From: Gammaproteobacteria bacterium
GTDB lineage: Bacteria > Pseudomonadota > Gammaproteobacteria > Steroidobacterales > Rariloculaceae
Assembly (NCBI GenBank): GCA_022825505.1
Contig: JAJDWR010000022.1
Coordinates: 15,046 to 79,045, forward strand
Reading direction: 5' to 3'
DNA length: 64,000 nt
In this document: in pieces, positions 1 through 9,055 of the stretch
Numbering within the stretch: position 1 is the first letter of the stretch
Layout of the letters: every line of letters begins with the position of its first letter
Notes under the pieces: generated by a model
Seen by the model: the letters and a program-made list of their open reading frames with translations, nothing else
Databases searched by the model: none
What the model was told of the DNA's origin: nothing
Position numbers and translations under genes: made by a program

Positions 1-212
1 CGGAGCCCCATTCAGGAGCGGTTCAGAAGCCAGTAGCGCCTGACATTGCCCTGATTTACGTCAGGAGTGCCAATGTTCGCTCAGCCGATCCCGTTTCACG
101 AAACGCGGGGGCATCGCCAATGTCCAACCCGCTGTTCAATCCGCGCAATTCATATTCGTGATAGCTTCTCCAGCCAGCCCTCGGGCCGGCCTGAAGCAAC
201 AAGGGATTTCAA

Positions 213-1664
213 GTGAAGAAAGTCGCCGCCGCTATCGCTGCGCTTGCGATTCTCGCCGCCGGCTTGCCGGCGCTGCTGGGTATTCTGGCGCAGGACCGAA
301 TCTTCGAACTCGCCGAAGCCGCGTCAGGCGAGCGACTGGTTCAGGTCGACATCACCGGATACGAGCGCGGCTGGCGCCGCAGCCGGGCGACCCTCAGCAT
401 AACGGTTCACGACAGCTACCGGTCGCTGCTGGAAGCGGCCGCACCCTGGGGCGCCAATCAGACGGCTCAGACAGCCGAACCAGACAGTATTCTCGACCTG
501 GACCTCGCTCTGAATCTGGCCGTCGCCCACGGTCCTCTGTTGCCCCGGGGCGGAATCGGGCTCGCCGAAGCGGTGGTCCAAATAGATCCTCCGGCCGGAG
601 GTCCTGGCGAACTGCTCGCCAATCCGGACATACAGGGAATTGGGGAAGCCGCCGTGCGGATTGGTATCGGAAGCGAATCGTCGTACCGGTGGACGATACC
701 GCCTGTGGCGTACTCGGGTCCGACAGCTACGTACGCCGCGTCCGGGCTGACCGGCGAGGGAATCTATGACTCCGCGCGGCAGCTCCTGAGCAGCCAGGGC
801 CGAATGGACAGCCTGGAATTCAGCACCCCGAATTTGGAATTGGGCGTCGATAGTCTTGCATTTTCCTTCGACGGCGCCAGGAGCATCAGTGGAGTCTGGC
901 CGGGCACTTCGGTCCTGACGCTGGGGAACCTGTCCGTCGGCTCGCCCACGAACGGAACCACCATAGTGGTTGAGGGGATCGAGGCGCACGGAAACGGGGT
1001 GGTCAACGAGGCCGGAGATCTGCTGTCCAACACTGCCGAGACGACCGCGGAATCCCTGTCAGCCATCGTTGACGGCAGCCATCACATCATTACGGAGATT
1101 CGTTTCGACCAGGCACTTCGTAACCTCGATGTGGACGCACTGAACGCATACCGGGACATGGCGCCTGAACTTGCCGGAGAGAACGATCCAACGGCCTTTT
1201 TGGGCGGGTTGCAACCCATCGTTTACGGCGCGCTGAACGCGGAACCCGAACTTGAACTCGGGCCGCTCGGGTTCAATTGGAACGGCAGCACTCTGCAGAC
1301 CAGGATTCTGCTGCGCATCGACAACGAGATGCTGCCGGCCGAACCCATGTTCTCGCTTGCAGACACCTCGCTCTGGACTCGCCTCGTTGCAGTGGAGGCA
1401 GAACTCGATGCAGACCGGGATGTCGCGGAGTGGATCGCCATACAGGCAATGTCCAGGCAAGGTGCACTGGGGGGAAGCCCCGCCGACGTGTCGGACGATA
1501 TCCTGCAGGCACAGGCTCGGGGGACGCTGGTAACGCTGGTCGTCCAGGGCATGCTGGAGGAGACCGGGAGCGGCTACCGGTTCCGGGGTTCCTACGAGAA
1601 TGGGGTGGTGGAAGTGAACGGCACCGTCATACCGATCGGCGCTGCGGCGCAGGCCCTGTTCTGA
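213..1664 (+). CDS. DUF945/YdgA-like envelope protein
   Basis: 483-aa ORF with a GTG start and an AAGGGA SD-like motif just upstream. N-terminal signal/anchor MKKVAAAIAALAILAAGLPALLG. Overall pattern (ITGYERGWRRSRATLSI...) resembles YdgA/DUF945 proteins as I remember them. Confidence 0.5.
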   Translation: MKKVAAAIAALAILAAGLPALLGILAQDRIFELAEAASGERLVQVDITGYERGWRRSRATLSITVHDSYRSLLEAAAPWGANQTAQTAEPDSILDLDLALNLAVAHGPLLPRGGIGLAEAVVQIDPPAGGPGELLANPDIQGIGEAAVRIGIGSESSYRWTIPPVAYSGPTATYAASGLTGEGIYDSARQLLSSQGRMDSLEFSTPNLELGVDSLAFSFDGARSISGVWPGTSVLTLGNLSVGSPTNGTTIVVEGIEAHGNGVVNEAGDLLSNTAETTAESLSAIVDGSHHIITEIRFDQALRNLDVDALNAYRDMAPELAGENDPTAFLGGLQPIVYGALNAEPELELGPLGFNWNGSTLQTRILLRIDNEMLPAEPMFSLADTSLWTRLVAVEAELDADRDVAEWIAIQAMSRQGALGGSPADVSDDILQAQARGTLVTLVVQGMLEETGSGYRFRGSYENGVVEVNGTVIPIGAAAQALF

Positions 1665-1665
1665 C

Positions 1666-2910
1666 CTACGGCTCCGTCTCGCTGCGCAAGCGGGGACGGT
1701 CGAAAGGGAACGTCTCGTCCGCGACCCGGGGATCCAGCAGGCCGAACCTCAGGAAAGCATCCAGATCGTAGCTGTCGAATCCGGTCAGGTCGAAGACGTA
1801 GGTCCCCACGCCGGGGATTTCATCCACGCCGGGCAGCGCCATCGCAGCATTGTAGAAGGTGATCGCCTCGCTCAAGCGGCCGAATTCGCCCGTGTGCATC
1901 AGGCGTGTCCGCAAGCCTACATTGCGCAGGCTGGGGACGCGCATTTCGCCGGCGTCTTCGGGATCTGCCGTCACCTCCTGGCGCCCGGTATCGAATTCGC
2001 TCAGCCGCAGCCCGATATTGAAGAAGTCGTCGTTGGTGAACAGCGGCGGTACGTGGCAGTTGACGCAGCGTAGCCGCTGGAAGACCTGCCAACCGAATCT
2101 GGCCTGTTCGGTGAGCGCCGTCTCCTCGCCGGCCATGTAGCGGTCCCATGGCGTCCGGTCGGCCACCAGCGTACGCTGGTAGGTGGCGATGGCAAACGCG
2201 ATACGTACAGCCGTGATTCCGTCGTCACCAAAGGCCGCCCGGAACAGTGCCGGATAGTCCGGAAGCTCGGCCAGCGCGTCGGAAACATCGTCGGGAAAAT
2301 CCCGTGCCAGCGCCAGCGGGCGCACCCGTCGCAACTTCCCGGTCAGTTCGTCCCAGGCGCGGCCGGGATAGGTCATCTCAGCGGGGTTGGAAAGAGAGTC
2401 CAGCACCTGGTTTTCCAGCGCGCCGCCCTCGGCGATGGCCACCTCACCGCTCTGCGGATCCACGAACTGCGACCCCGCCCGCCCGTCCCAGAACACTTCC
2501 CCGGCCCACAGGGCGCCGAAGTTCGAAGGCGCGATGCGCCGGGTCACCTGGGGCTCGAATCCGAAGATCGGGTGCTCCAGCGCCTCCCCCGCCTCGTTCA
2601 TGTACACGACGCCGGGCGATCCCCAGACATCGTCGATGGTGCCCATGTCGGTGCCCGTGTGGCGGCCAAAGCGGGGATCGGCTCCTCCGGCCGCAGGCCG
2701 GTGGCAAGTGCCGCACGCGGTGGTGTCGTTACTGGAGAGCTGCTCGTCCCAGAAGAGGATCTTGCCCAGAACGCGCTTGGGTTCGGTGATGGGGTTTTCC
2801 GCCGGCACCGGCACGGGCGGCAACTGCGCCACGGCCGGTACGCCGGCCTGCGCCCCGAGCAGGACAGCCATTACCAATGAGGCAATGGATGCTGTTGGCG
2901 AAGGCTGCAT
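1666..2910 (-). CDS. di-haem cytochrome c peroxidase family protein (CCP/MauG-like)
   Basis: Two CxxCH haem motifs (CGTCH, CVNCH) with CCP-like spacing and flanks (LGKILFWDEQLS; PSLRNV). Start set at internal Met 2910 (MQPSPTASIASLVMAVLLGAQA signal peptide); the ORF extends to 2973. Confidence 0.8.
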   Translation of the reverse strand: MQPSPTASIASLVMAVLLGAQAGVPAVAQLPPVPVPAENPITEPKRVLGKILFWDEQLSSNDTTACGTCHRPAAGGADPRFGRHTGTDMGTIDDVWGSPGVVYMNEAGEALEHPIFGFEPQVTRRIAPSNFGALWAGEVFWDGRAGSQFVDPQSGEVAIAEGGALENQVLDSLSNPAEMTYPGRAWDELTGKLRRVRPLALARDFPDDVSDALAELPDYPALFRAAFGDDGITAVRIAFAIATYQRTLVADRTPWDRYMAGEETALTEQARFGWQVFQRLRCVNCHVPPLFTNDDFFNIGLRLSEFDTGRQEVTADPEDAGEMRVPSLRNVGLRTRLMHTGEFGRLSEAITFYNAAMALPGVDEIPGVGTYVFDLTGFDSYDLDAFLRFGLLDPRVADETFPFDRPRLRSETEP

Positions 2911-3123
2911 CGCCTTCGGGAATTGCTGCAGCGCCTCAGGGAAACAGCGCATTCCATTGGGGAAAATTTGCATCGCGTTGGGAATATCCTGCGTTGCCCG
3001 CGGAAGGCACCGTCTCGTTCAAATTCTACCAAGCAGTGTTATATTGCACGATCCGGGCGACAGGCCGGGCACGATGCCGCGACCGACATTCGCCATACAA
3101 AAATTCGCAAGGGGTATCCACCG

Positions 3124-3660
3124 ATGAAACGATTGCTTGCCATCCTGATGCTTTTCGGTGCTCAACTCGCCATGACCGGCGCGCAGGGACAGGTCGTGCG
3201 CGAAGATGTGGAGGGCATCCGCAACTTTGCCCAGATAGAGTCCGTCGTGGCCTGCGCCGGCGCCATCGTGCCCGACTCGGTGGCGCAGATCGCGGACATG
3301 GGATTCCGCAGCATCATCAACCTGCAACGGGCGACGGAAGAAACCGCCAATGTCGAAGGAGAAACCGCCGCCGCCGAGGCCGCCGGGATCAGGTACGTCC
3401 ACCTGCCGTTCGGCGGACCGGACTTCGATCCCGCCGTGGCGGACCGCTTTCTGGAAGCCATCGTCGAACCCGACACGGCGCCCGCGTTCATTCATTGCGG
3501 AGGCGGCGGACGCGCCGCGACCATGTGGTTCATCAAGCGCGTGATGGTGGATGAGTGGGACGTCGACACCGCCCTGGCCGAAGCAACGGACCTGGGCATG
3601 AACCCGGACGGCGGGTCCGGCCAGTTCGGGCTGAACTACGTCGCCGAACGCACGCGCTGA
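3124..3660 (+). CDS. secreted DUF442-type phosphatase-fold protein (beta-lactamase hydrolase-like)
   Basis: Start at ATG 3124 (MKRLLAILMLFGAQLAMTGAQG signal peptide). The upstream ORF extension is R/S-rich. Has an HCGGGGRAA active-site-like loop typical of DUF442 proteins. Confidence 0.5.
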   Translation: MKRLLAILMLFGAQLAMTGAQGQVVREDVEGIRNFAQIESVVACAGAIVPDSVAQIADMGFRSIINLQRATEETANVEGETAAAEAAGIRYVHLPFGGPDFDPAVADRFLEAIVEPDTAPAFIHCGGGGRAATMWFIKRVMVDEWDVDTALAEATDLGMNPDGGSGQFGLNYVAERTR

Positions 3661-3860
3661 CGCCCGGGAGCACGCTCCTCAGACCGACGCCGCTGACACG
3701 GGCTGCCTCCGGTAGCAGGGTTTTACAACGTCTGCGTCAGGATTACTCCTCACTCGCAAGAGACAATTGTGAGCCACGAAGCCGATGAGGATGCCGTGAT
3801 TTTCAGCTTCTCGGACCGGCCGGTCCAGGAAAAGATCGGTTTACTGCGGGAGCAACGCTC

Positions 3861-4556
3861 ATGAACTACGTTATTGAACCCCCGGCGCCGGCAACAGTCG
3901 CCGTTGCTGACAGCGACGCCCGCTTCCCCGTGCGCCGAGTGTTTTGCGTCGGGCGCAACTACGACGCGCATGTCCGCGAGATGGGCAAGAACCCGGACCG
4001 CGACCCGCCGTTCTTCTTCACCAAGCCTGCCGATGCGGTCGTCGACTCGGAAATCACGATTCCGTATCCACCCGAGACTGAGAACTTTCACTACGAAGCA
4101 GAGTTGGTTGTGGCCATTGGGAAAGGCGGCTTTCGGATTGACAAGAAGGACGTATCGAAACACATCTTCGGTTATGCATGCGGAAACGACCTGACCCGAA
4201 GGGACCTCCAGCTTGCTGCAAGAGAGGCCGGCAGGCCGTGGGATTGGGGCAAAGGCTTCGATTTGTCCGCGCCCTGCGCACCGTTGCACCGAATCGAAGA
4301 TACCGGCGAACTCACGACAGGCAGCATCACACTGAGTGTCAATGGTGAATTGAAGCAAGAAGCCGACCTTGCCCAGTTGATTTGGGATGTGAATGAGATC
4401 GTGTCAATTCTGTCCCGATCGATCCATTTGCAAAAAGGCGACCTGATCTATACGGGAACTCCGGCGGGTGTCGGTCCGATCATACCGGGAGACGTAGTCG
4501 TCGTTCGCATTGAAGGCCTTACCGATCTCGTCACGACGATCGGGGACCCGGCATAG
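3861..4556 (+). CDS. fumarylacetoacetate hydrolase family protein (fumarylpyruvate/acylpyruvate hydrolase-like)
   Basis: 231 aa with FAH-family motifs: FCVGRNYDAHVREMG, HYEAELVVAIGK, GDLIYTGTPAGVGP. Confidence 0.85.
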   Translation: MNYVIEPPAPATVAVADSDARFPVRRVFCVGRNYDAHVREMGKNPDRDPPFFFTKPADAVVDSEITIPYPPETENFHYEAELVVAIGKGGFRIDKKDVSKHIFGYACGNDLTRRDLQLAAREAGRPWDWGKGFDLSAPCAPLHRIEDTGELTTGSITLSVNGELKQEADLAQLIWDVNEIVSILSRSIHLQKGDLIYTGTPAGVGPIIPGDVVVVRIEGLTDLVTTIGDPA

Positions 4557-4567
4557 GGATTAGAGCG

Positions 4568-5212
4568 ATGGGAGAACTGACGCTTCACAACTACTTCCGC
4601 AGCTCCACATCGTTTCGTGTGCGCGCCGCGCTTAACCTGAAAGGCAAGGAGTTTGACTATGTCTCATATCACCTTCGGCGAGGCGAGCAATCATCGGAAG
4701 AATACCTTCAGCTCAATGCCCAAGGCCTGGTTCCTGCGTTGCAGACGCCAAACGCCGTTTTGACCCAGTCTCTGGCAATCATCGAGTATCTTGACGAGCT
4801 GTACCCGGAACCGCCGTTGCTGCCTGCGGACCCTTTGGCGAGAGCCAGAGTTCGATCCCTTGCGATGATCGTAGCCTGTGACATTCATCCAATAAACAAT
4901 CTAAGGGTATTGATGGAACTTCGTAGCCGCTTTTCCGCCGACGATGATGCGGTTGCCGCCTGGTTCAGGCATTGGACCGAGACCAGCTTTTCCGCGCTCG
5001 AAACAAGACTGAGTAATGAATCGGAAACAGGTCGCTTTTCCCACGGCGAGAATGTCAGCCTCGCCGACCTATGTCTTTCCGGACAAGTGATCAACAGCGG
5101 AAGGTTCAATGTCGACATGGCTCCCTATCCAGCGATCGAGCGGATACACGCGGACTGCATGTCGCTCGATGCATTTGCGAAGGCGCATCCGCTAGCACAG
5201 CCGGACGCGTAA
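4568..5212 (+). CDS. maiA: maleylacetoacetate/maleylpyruvate isomerase (GST zeta class)
   Basis: 214 aa. N-terminus LHNYFRSSTSFRVRAALNLKG...NAQGLVPAL and IIEYLDE are typical of GST-zeta isomerases. Lies 11 nt downstream of the FAH gene. Confidence 0.8.
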   Translation: MGELTLHNYFRSSTSFRVRAALNLKGKEFDYVSYHLRRGEQSSEEYLQLNAQGLVPALQTPNAVLTQSLAIIEYLDELYPEPPLLPADPLARARVRSLAMIVACDIHPINNLRVLMELRSRFSADDDAVAAWFRHWTETSFSALETRLSNESETGRFSHGENVSLADLCLSGQVINSGRFNVDMAPYPAIERIHADCMSLDAFAKAHPLAQPDA

Positions 5213-5268
5213 TGCGCGCGGTGAAGCACCCGCTCGATGCGGGCATCAAGGTGGTTCGGTCTAACTGA
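5212..5268 (+). pseudogene. relic of the 3' end of a cobO-like adenosyltransferase gene
   Basis: Translates to MRAVKHPLDAGIKVVRSN*. The intact CobO at 7997..8599 ends EMRPIKHPFDAGIKAVRGIDY*. I counted 35 of 51 matching nucleotides by hand. The relic ATG overlaps the maiA TAA stop. Confidence 0.5.
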
Positions 5269-5620
5269 GCACGTGGCCTGGCGATTCACCAGACTAAATG
5301 TAGTCCAAAAGCAGGTCTGATTGCGAAACAACCCCCTGCCAAGGGCCGTGACCGAAGCGAGGTGATCATGACGTACCGGTGCGGCACGACCGCATCGTGC
5401 AGCTTCCATCGATACGCATGCGCGAACGGCGCGGCTGCCTGTACGTGCGTTCAACCGCGCTGTCCATTTTCCTGCTCTTATTTTGTGCCTTCAAGCGCAT
5501 CATCTGCCATGCTGTCAATTGTCGAAAAAATCGTTACCGCCGGACACCCGGCATAGCATAATGCCCGCAATCGCGGCGCTTCCCGCTTTTTTCCGCGCTT
5601 CACGAACCGGACCAACTCCA

Positions 5621-6691
5621 ATGACGGATTTCGATTACGCCAGGGAGCCAACTGAGCAAACTGTGGGGAAGCATGCCCCGGCACGCGCGGAGGCCGATTT
5701 CGAACGCGCCGTCCGGGACGCGATCGACAACAAGACCAAGCCCGTCGGTGCGCTAGGCAGGATTGAATCGCTGGCGGCGCAGATCGCTCTGGTTCAGCAA
5801 ACGCTGGAGCCCACCGCCGAGCGCTGCAAGCTGACCGTCTTTGCCGCCGATCACGGCATCGCCGAGGCGGGCGTGTCCGCCTACCCCCGGGAAGTGACCC
5901 GGCAGATGTTGCTGAACTTTCTTGCCGGGGGCGCGGCGGCCAATGTGATGGCAAGCGCGCTTGACGCAGAGTTCGCCCTGGTTGACGCCGGCGTCAAGGG
6001 TCCGGAGATTCGACACCCAAAGCTCGATTCGCAGCGCATTGGCAATGGCACTCGCAACGCTCTGGAACAACCCGCCATGTCTGCTGACCAATGCTCGCAT
6101 GCGTTGCGCGCCGGTCAGGCGATCGGCCGGGAGGGTACCCATGAGGTTGCCTGTTTCGGCGAGATGGGTATCGGCAACACATCGTCGGCCAGCCTGGTGG
6201 CGGCCAAGCTGCTCGGTCAGCCGGTCAGCGGGCTTGTCGGCCGGGGCACGGGCCTGGACGACGACGGACTGGTCCGCAAACGCCGCGTGCTGGAACAGGC
6301 CGCCGAACGGACACCGGGCGAACTGGACCCGCACACTACCCTGAGGCAATACGGCGGCTTCGAATCGGTGATGTTGACCGGCGCAATCCTGGGCGCCGCC
6401 GCGGCGGGCAAACTCGTGCTGGCAGACGGTTTCATTGCGACGGTATCGGCCCTGGCCGCGCTGCGCATTTCACCCGGCGCCCGTGGCAATCTCGTTTTCG
6501 CGCATCGCTCGGCGGAACCCGGGCACGCGGTGGTGCTGCAGGCGCTTGAAGCGGAGCCCCTGCTTGACCTGGGCCTGCGCCTGGGCGAAGGCACGGGCGC
6601 CCTGCTGGCATGGCCCCTGGTCAGGGCGGCGGCAGCGATGCTGCGCGACATGGCCAGTTTCGACTCCGCGGGCGTCAGCGGGCGGACATAG
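5621..6691 (+). CDS. cobT: nicotinate-nucleotide--dimethylbenzimidazole phosphoribosyltransferase
   Basis: CobT motifs: KTKPVGALGRIE, VFAADHG, FGEMGIGNTSSAS, LGEGTGA. Start set at ATG 5621; the ORF is open from 5483. Confidence 0.9.
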   Translation: MTDFDYAREPTEQTVGKHAPARAEADFERAVRDAIDNKTKPVGALGRIESLAAQIALVQQTLEPTAERCKLTVFAADHGIAEAGVSAYPREVTRQMLLNFLAGGAAANVMASALDAEFALVDAGVKGPEIRHPKLDSQRIGNGTRNALEQPAMSADQCSHALRAGQAIGREGTHEVACFGEMGIGNTSSASLVAAKLLGQPVSGLVGRGTGLDDDGLVRKRRVLEQAAERTPGELDPHTTLRQYGGFESVMLTGAILGAAAAGKLVLADGFIATVSALAALRISPGARGNLVFAHRSAEPGHAVVLQALEAEPLLDLGLRLGEGTGALLAWPLVRAAAAMLRDMASFDSAGVSGRT

Positions 6692-6700
6692 GACACTTCC

Positions 6701-7456
6701 GTGAACGAACTCCGTACATTCGCCCTGGCCGTGCAATTCCTCACGAGGCTGCCGGTTCCGGCCGCCAATGCCTACAGTCCCGAACGGCTGGCGGCCGCCG
6801 TCCGCTACTACCCGCTGGTCGGCGCCCTGATCGGCGGGCTGTGTGCCGCCGTGTTCTGGCTGGCGCATCTGTGGTTGCCGCAGACCGTCTCCGTTCTTGT
6901 GGCGGTGGCCACCGGCCTGGCAGCGACAGCCGCGTTCCATGAAGACGGACTGGCCGATACGTTCGACGGCCTGGGAGCAACCGGCGACCGGAATCGCGCA
7001 CTTGAGATCATGCGCGACAGCCGCCTGGGCACTTTCGGCGCCGTTGCGCTGGCCGTCGCGCTGGGTCTGAAAGTGGCCGCGCTGACGAACCTGACTCCAA
7101 CCGCAGTCGTTGCGGCCCTGGTTGCCGGGCATGGATTATCCCGGCTCTCCAGCGTTGTCGCGTTGGAGACGGGCATCTACATTCGCGAGGCGGGAGTCGC
7201 TACACCGGTGACGGCTCGCATGGGGCCGGCAGGTTGGTTCGTGGTCCTGCTTGCCGGATTCGCTCTTGCCGCCGGTCTGGTGTGGATGCTATCGCCACTC
7301 GCCACGGCTCTGGCGTTGGGCGGGCTCGCCGCCGGGCACGTGCTGATGCGACTATGGTACGAGCGCAGACTCGGTGGCTATACCGGCGACACCCTGGGCG
7401 CCGTTCAGCAGTGCAGCGAAATCGGTCTCTATCTCGGCCTGTGCGCATGGGCCTGA
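6701..7456 (+). CDS. cobS: adenosylcobinamide-GDP ribazoletransferase (cobalamin 5'-phosphate synthase)
   Basis: 251-aa polytopic membrane protein with a GTG start. CobS signature FLTRLPVP, HEDGLADTFDG, GYTGDTLGA. Confidence 0.9.
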   Translation: MNELRTFALAVQFLTRLPVPAANAYSPERLAAAVRYYPLVGALIGGLCAAVFWLAHLWLPQTVSVLVAVATGLAATAAFHEDGLADTFDGLGATGDRNRALEIMRDSRLGTFGAVALAVALGLKVAALTNLTPTAVVAALVAGHGLSRLSSVVALETGIYIREAGVATPVTARMGPAGWFVVLLAGFALAAGLVWMLSPLATALALGGLAAGHVLMRLWYERRLGGYTGDTLGAVQQCSEIGLYLGLCAWA

Positions 7457-8004
7457 TTTTGGTGCGCCACACGCGTCCGGACGTCGCCGCCGGTACCTGC
7501 TACGGCCGCCTGGACGTGGGATTGGCCGATACCTTCCCGTCGGAAGCACAAGCGGTTCTGTCAGCATTGCCTGCCATCCAGCGAGTCGTTTCGAGCCCGC
7601 TGAGCCGGTGCCTGAAACTGGCAAGCTACATCGCTTCCGCGAAAGACCTGCCCATTGACGAGGACGAGCGTCTGATGGAACTGGATTTCGGCGCCTGGGA
7701 AGGTCAGCCGTGGACTGAAGTGGGCGCAGCGGCCCTGGATGGCTGGGCGCAGGACTTCTTGCATGCGCGCCCCCATGGCGGGGAAAGCGTCGCCATGCTC
7801 AGGGACCGTGTCGCCTCGGCACTTGCCGACTGGTCGGCTCGCCGGGAACCCATCGCGATCGTCACCCACGCCGGGGTGATCAAGGCAGCCTGCATGCGTG
7901 AAGGCGACGGGCCGTGGGATTTCAGGCCACCGGTGGATTTTGGTGGCATCATCACGCTTCCGGACGGAAACCCGGTCGAGAGCGGGAGATTGAAACATGA
8001 CTGA
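7447..8004 (+). CDS. cobC: alpha-ribazole phosphatase (histidine phosphatase family)
   Basis: LILVRHTRP...CYGRLD N-terminus, GGES and VTHAGVI motifs of the histidine phosphatase / CobC family. ATG 7447 overlaps the cobS stop by 10 nt. Sits between cobS and cobO. Confidence 0.75.
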   Translation: MGLILVRHTRPDVAAGTCYGRLDVGLADTFPSEAQAVLSALPAIQRVVSSPLSRCLKLASYIASAKDLPIDEDERLMELDFGAWEGQPWTEVGAAALDGWAQDFLHARPHGGESVAMLRDRVASALADWSARREPIAIVTHAGVIKAACMREGDGPWDFRPPVDFGGIITLPDGNPVESGRLKHD

Positions 8005-8599
8005 CGCGCAGACCCACACAGAAAAGATGAAGGTGCAGCAGGCCGCCCACCGCAAGCGGGTGTCCGAGGCGGCCGTGCCGGGCCGCGGCCTGGTGCTGGT
8101 GTACACGGGCGACGGCAAGGGGAAGTCCAGTTCGGCGTTCGGCGTGATCGTGCGGGCACTGGGCTGGGGCCAGAAGGTGGGCGTGGTGCAGTTCATCAAG
8201 GGCAAGTGGAAAACCGGCGAGCGCCAGTTTTTCTCCAGATTCGAGGACCAGATCCATTGGCGGACGATGGGCGAGGGCTTCACCTGGGATACCCAGGACC
8301 TGGAGCGCGACACCGCCGTGGCGGAAGCGGCCTTCGACAAGGCCCGTGACATGCTGGCGAGCGGTGACTACGACCTGGTCGTTCTGGACGAGATCAATAT
8401 CGCATTGCGCTACGGATACCTCTCAGAAGCGAACGTGCTCGAGGGGCTTGAGGCCCGGTCCGGGCGCACCAGCGTCATCCTCACCGGCCGCGATGCCAGG
8501 CCCCGGATCTGCGAATACGCCGACCTCGTCAGCGAGATGCGCCCCATCAAACACCCCTTCGACGCCGGCATCAAGGCCGTACGCGGCATCGATTACTGA
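7997..8599 (+). CDS. cobO: cob(I)yrinic acid a,c-diamide adenosyltransferase
   Basis: P-loop-like VYTGDGKGKSSSAFG, VVQFIKG, LVVLDEIN and the C-terminal KHPFDAGIKA motif of CobO/BtuR. Confidence 0.9.
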   Translation: MTDAQTHTEKMKVQQAAHRKRVSEAAVPGRGLVLVYTGDGKGKSSSAFGVIVRALGWGQKVGVVQFIKGKWKTGERQFFSRFEDQIHWRTMGEGFTWDTQDLERDTAVAEAAFDKARDMLASGDYDLVVLDEINIALRYGYLSEANVLEGLEARSGRTSVILTGRDARPRICEYADLVSEMRPIKHPFDAGIKAVRGIDY

Positions 8600-8733
8600 A
8601 CCATCCGCTACCGCCCGTTCCGTTCATCGGAAGGTGTGAGACTTTGGAACGCGTGATCGTGCCCGCCGACTTCAACGCCGGTGACTTCAGCGCCGGTTGA
8701 CAAGTAACGGACCCTGTTCCCACAATAGCCGCA

Positions 8734-8891
8734 GATGGCGCCGTCCAACGGACGGCCAAGAGGGAACCCGGTGAAATGCCGGGGCTGTACCCGCAACTGT
8801 AAGCCGGAAGCTTGCGGCCTGTAGGCCACTGGAGAATTCTCCGGGAAGGCGGCCAAAGAGCGACGATCGGCGAGTCAGGAGACCTGCCATC
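8734..8891 (+). promoter_or_regulatory. cobalamin (B12) riboswitch aptamer
   Basis: Conserved core AGGGAACCCGGTGAAATGCCGGGGCTGTACCCGCAACTGTAA, then GCCACTGG...GGGAAGGC and the B12 box AGTCAGGAGACCTGCC. P1 is closed by GATGGC (8734) and GCCATC (8886). Located in the 456-nt leader of btuB. Confidence 0.85.
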
Positions 8892-9055
8892 GCGTCGTTC
8901 GTTCGTGGGTCGGGCACATTGCCCTCGAACGGGAAAGAGCACGCAGGTGCTCCTTCTCCCTGTAACGACATAGGACCAGGAACCGCGCCCGTAATGGTCG
9001 GCGGGTTCGGAGGTGTCATTACAGTGCGCCCCGGAAGGGGTGCGGGAGGAGATCA

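Noticed and set aside
1-212. Possible 3' end of an upstream gene at the window edge.
   Set aside because: It is too short and has no recognisable motif in any frame, so it cannot be supported.
158-769. 203-aa Arg-rich ORF, and minus-strand ORFs 324..989 and 764..1066, overlapping the first gene.
   Set aside because: They overlap the DUF945-like ORF, which has a proper signal/anchor and SD. Their translations are Arg/Ser/Gly-rich, out-of-frame-type sequence.
5269-5620. Possible second cobalamin riboswitch or sRNA in the lower-GC spacer upstream of cobT.
   Set aside because: I looked for the conserved core (GGGAA..CGGTGAAA..CCG, GCCACTG, the B12 box AGYCMGGAGACCTGCC) and found none. The small ORFs here (5362..5556, 5379..5561) have no support.
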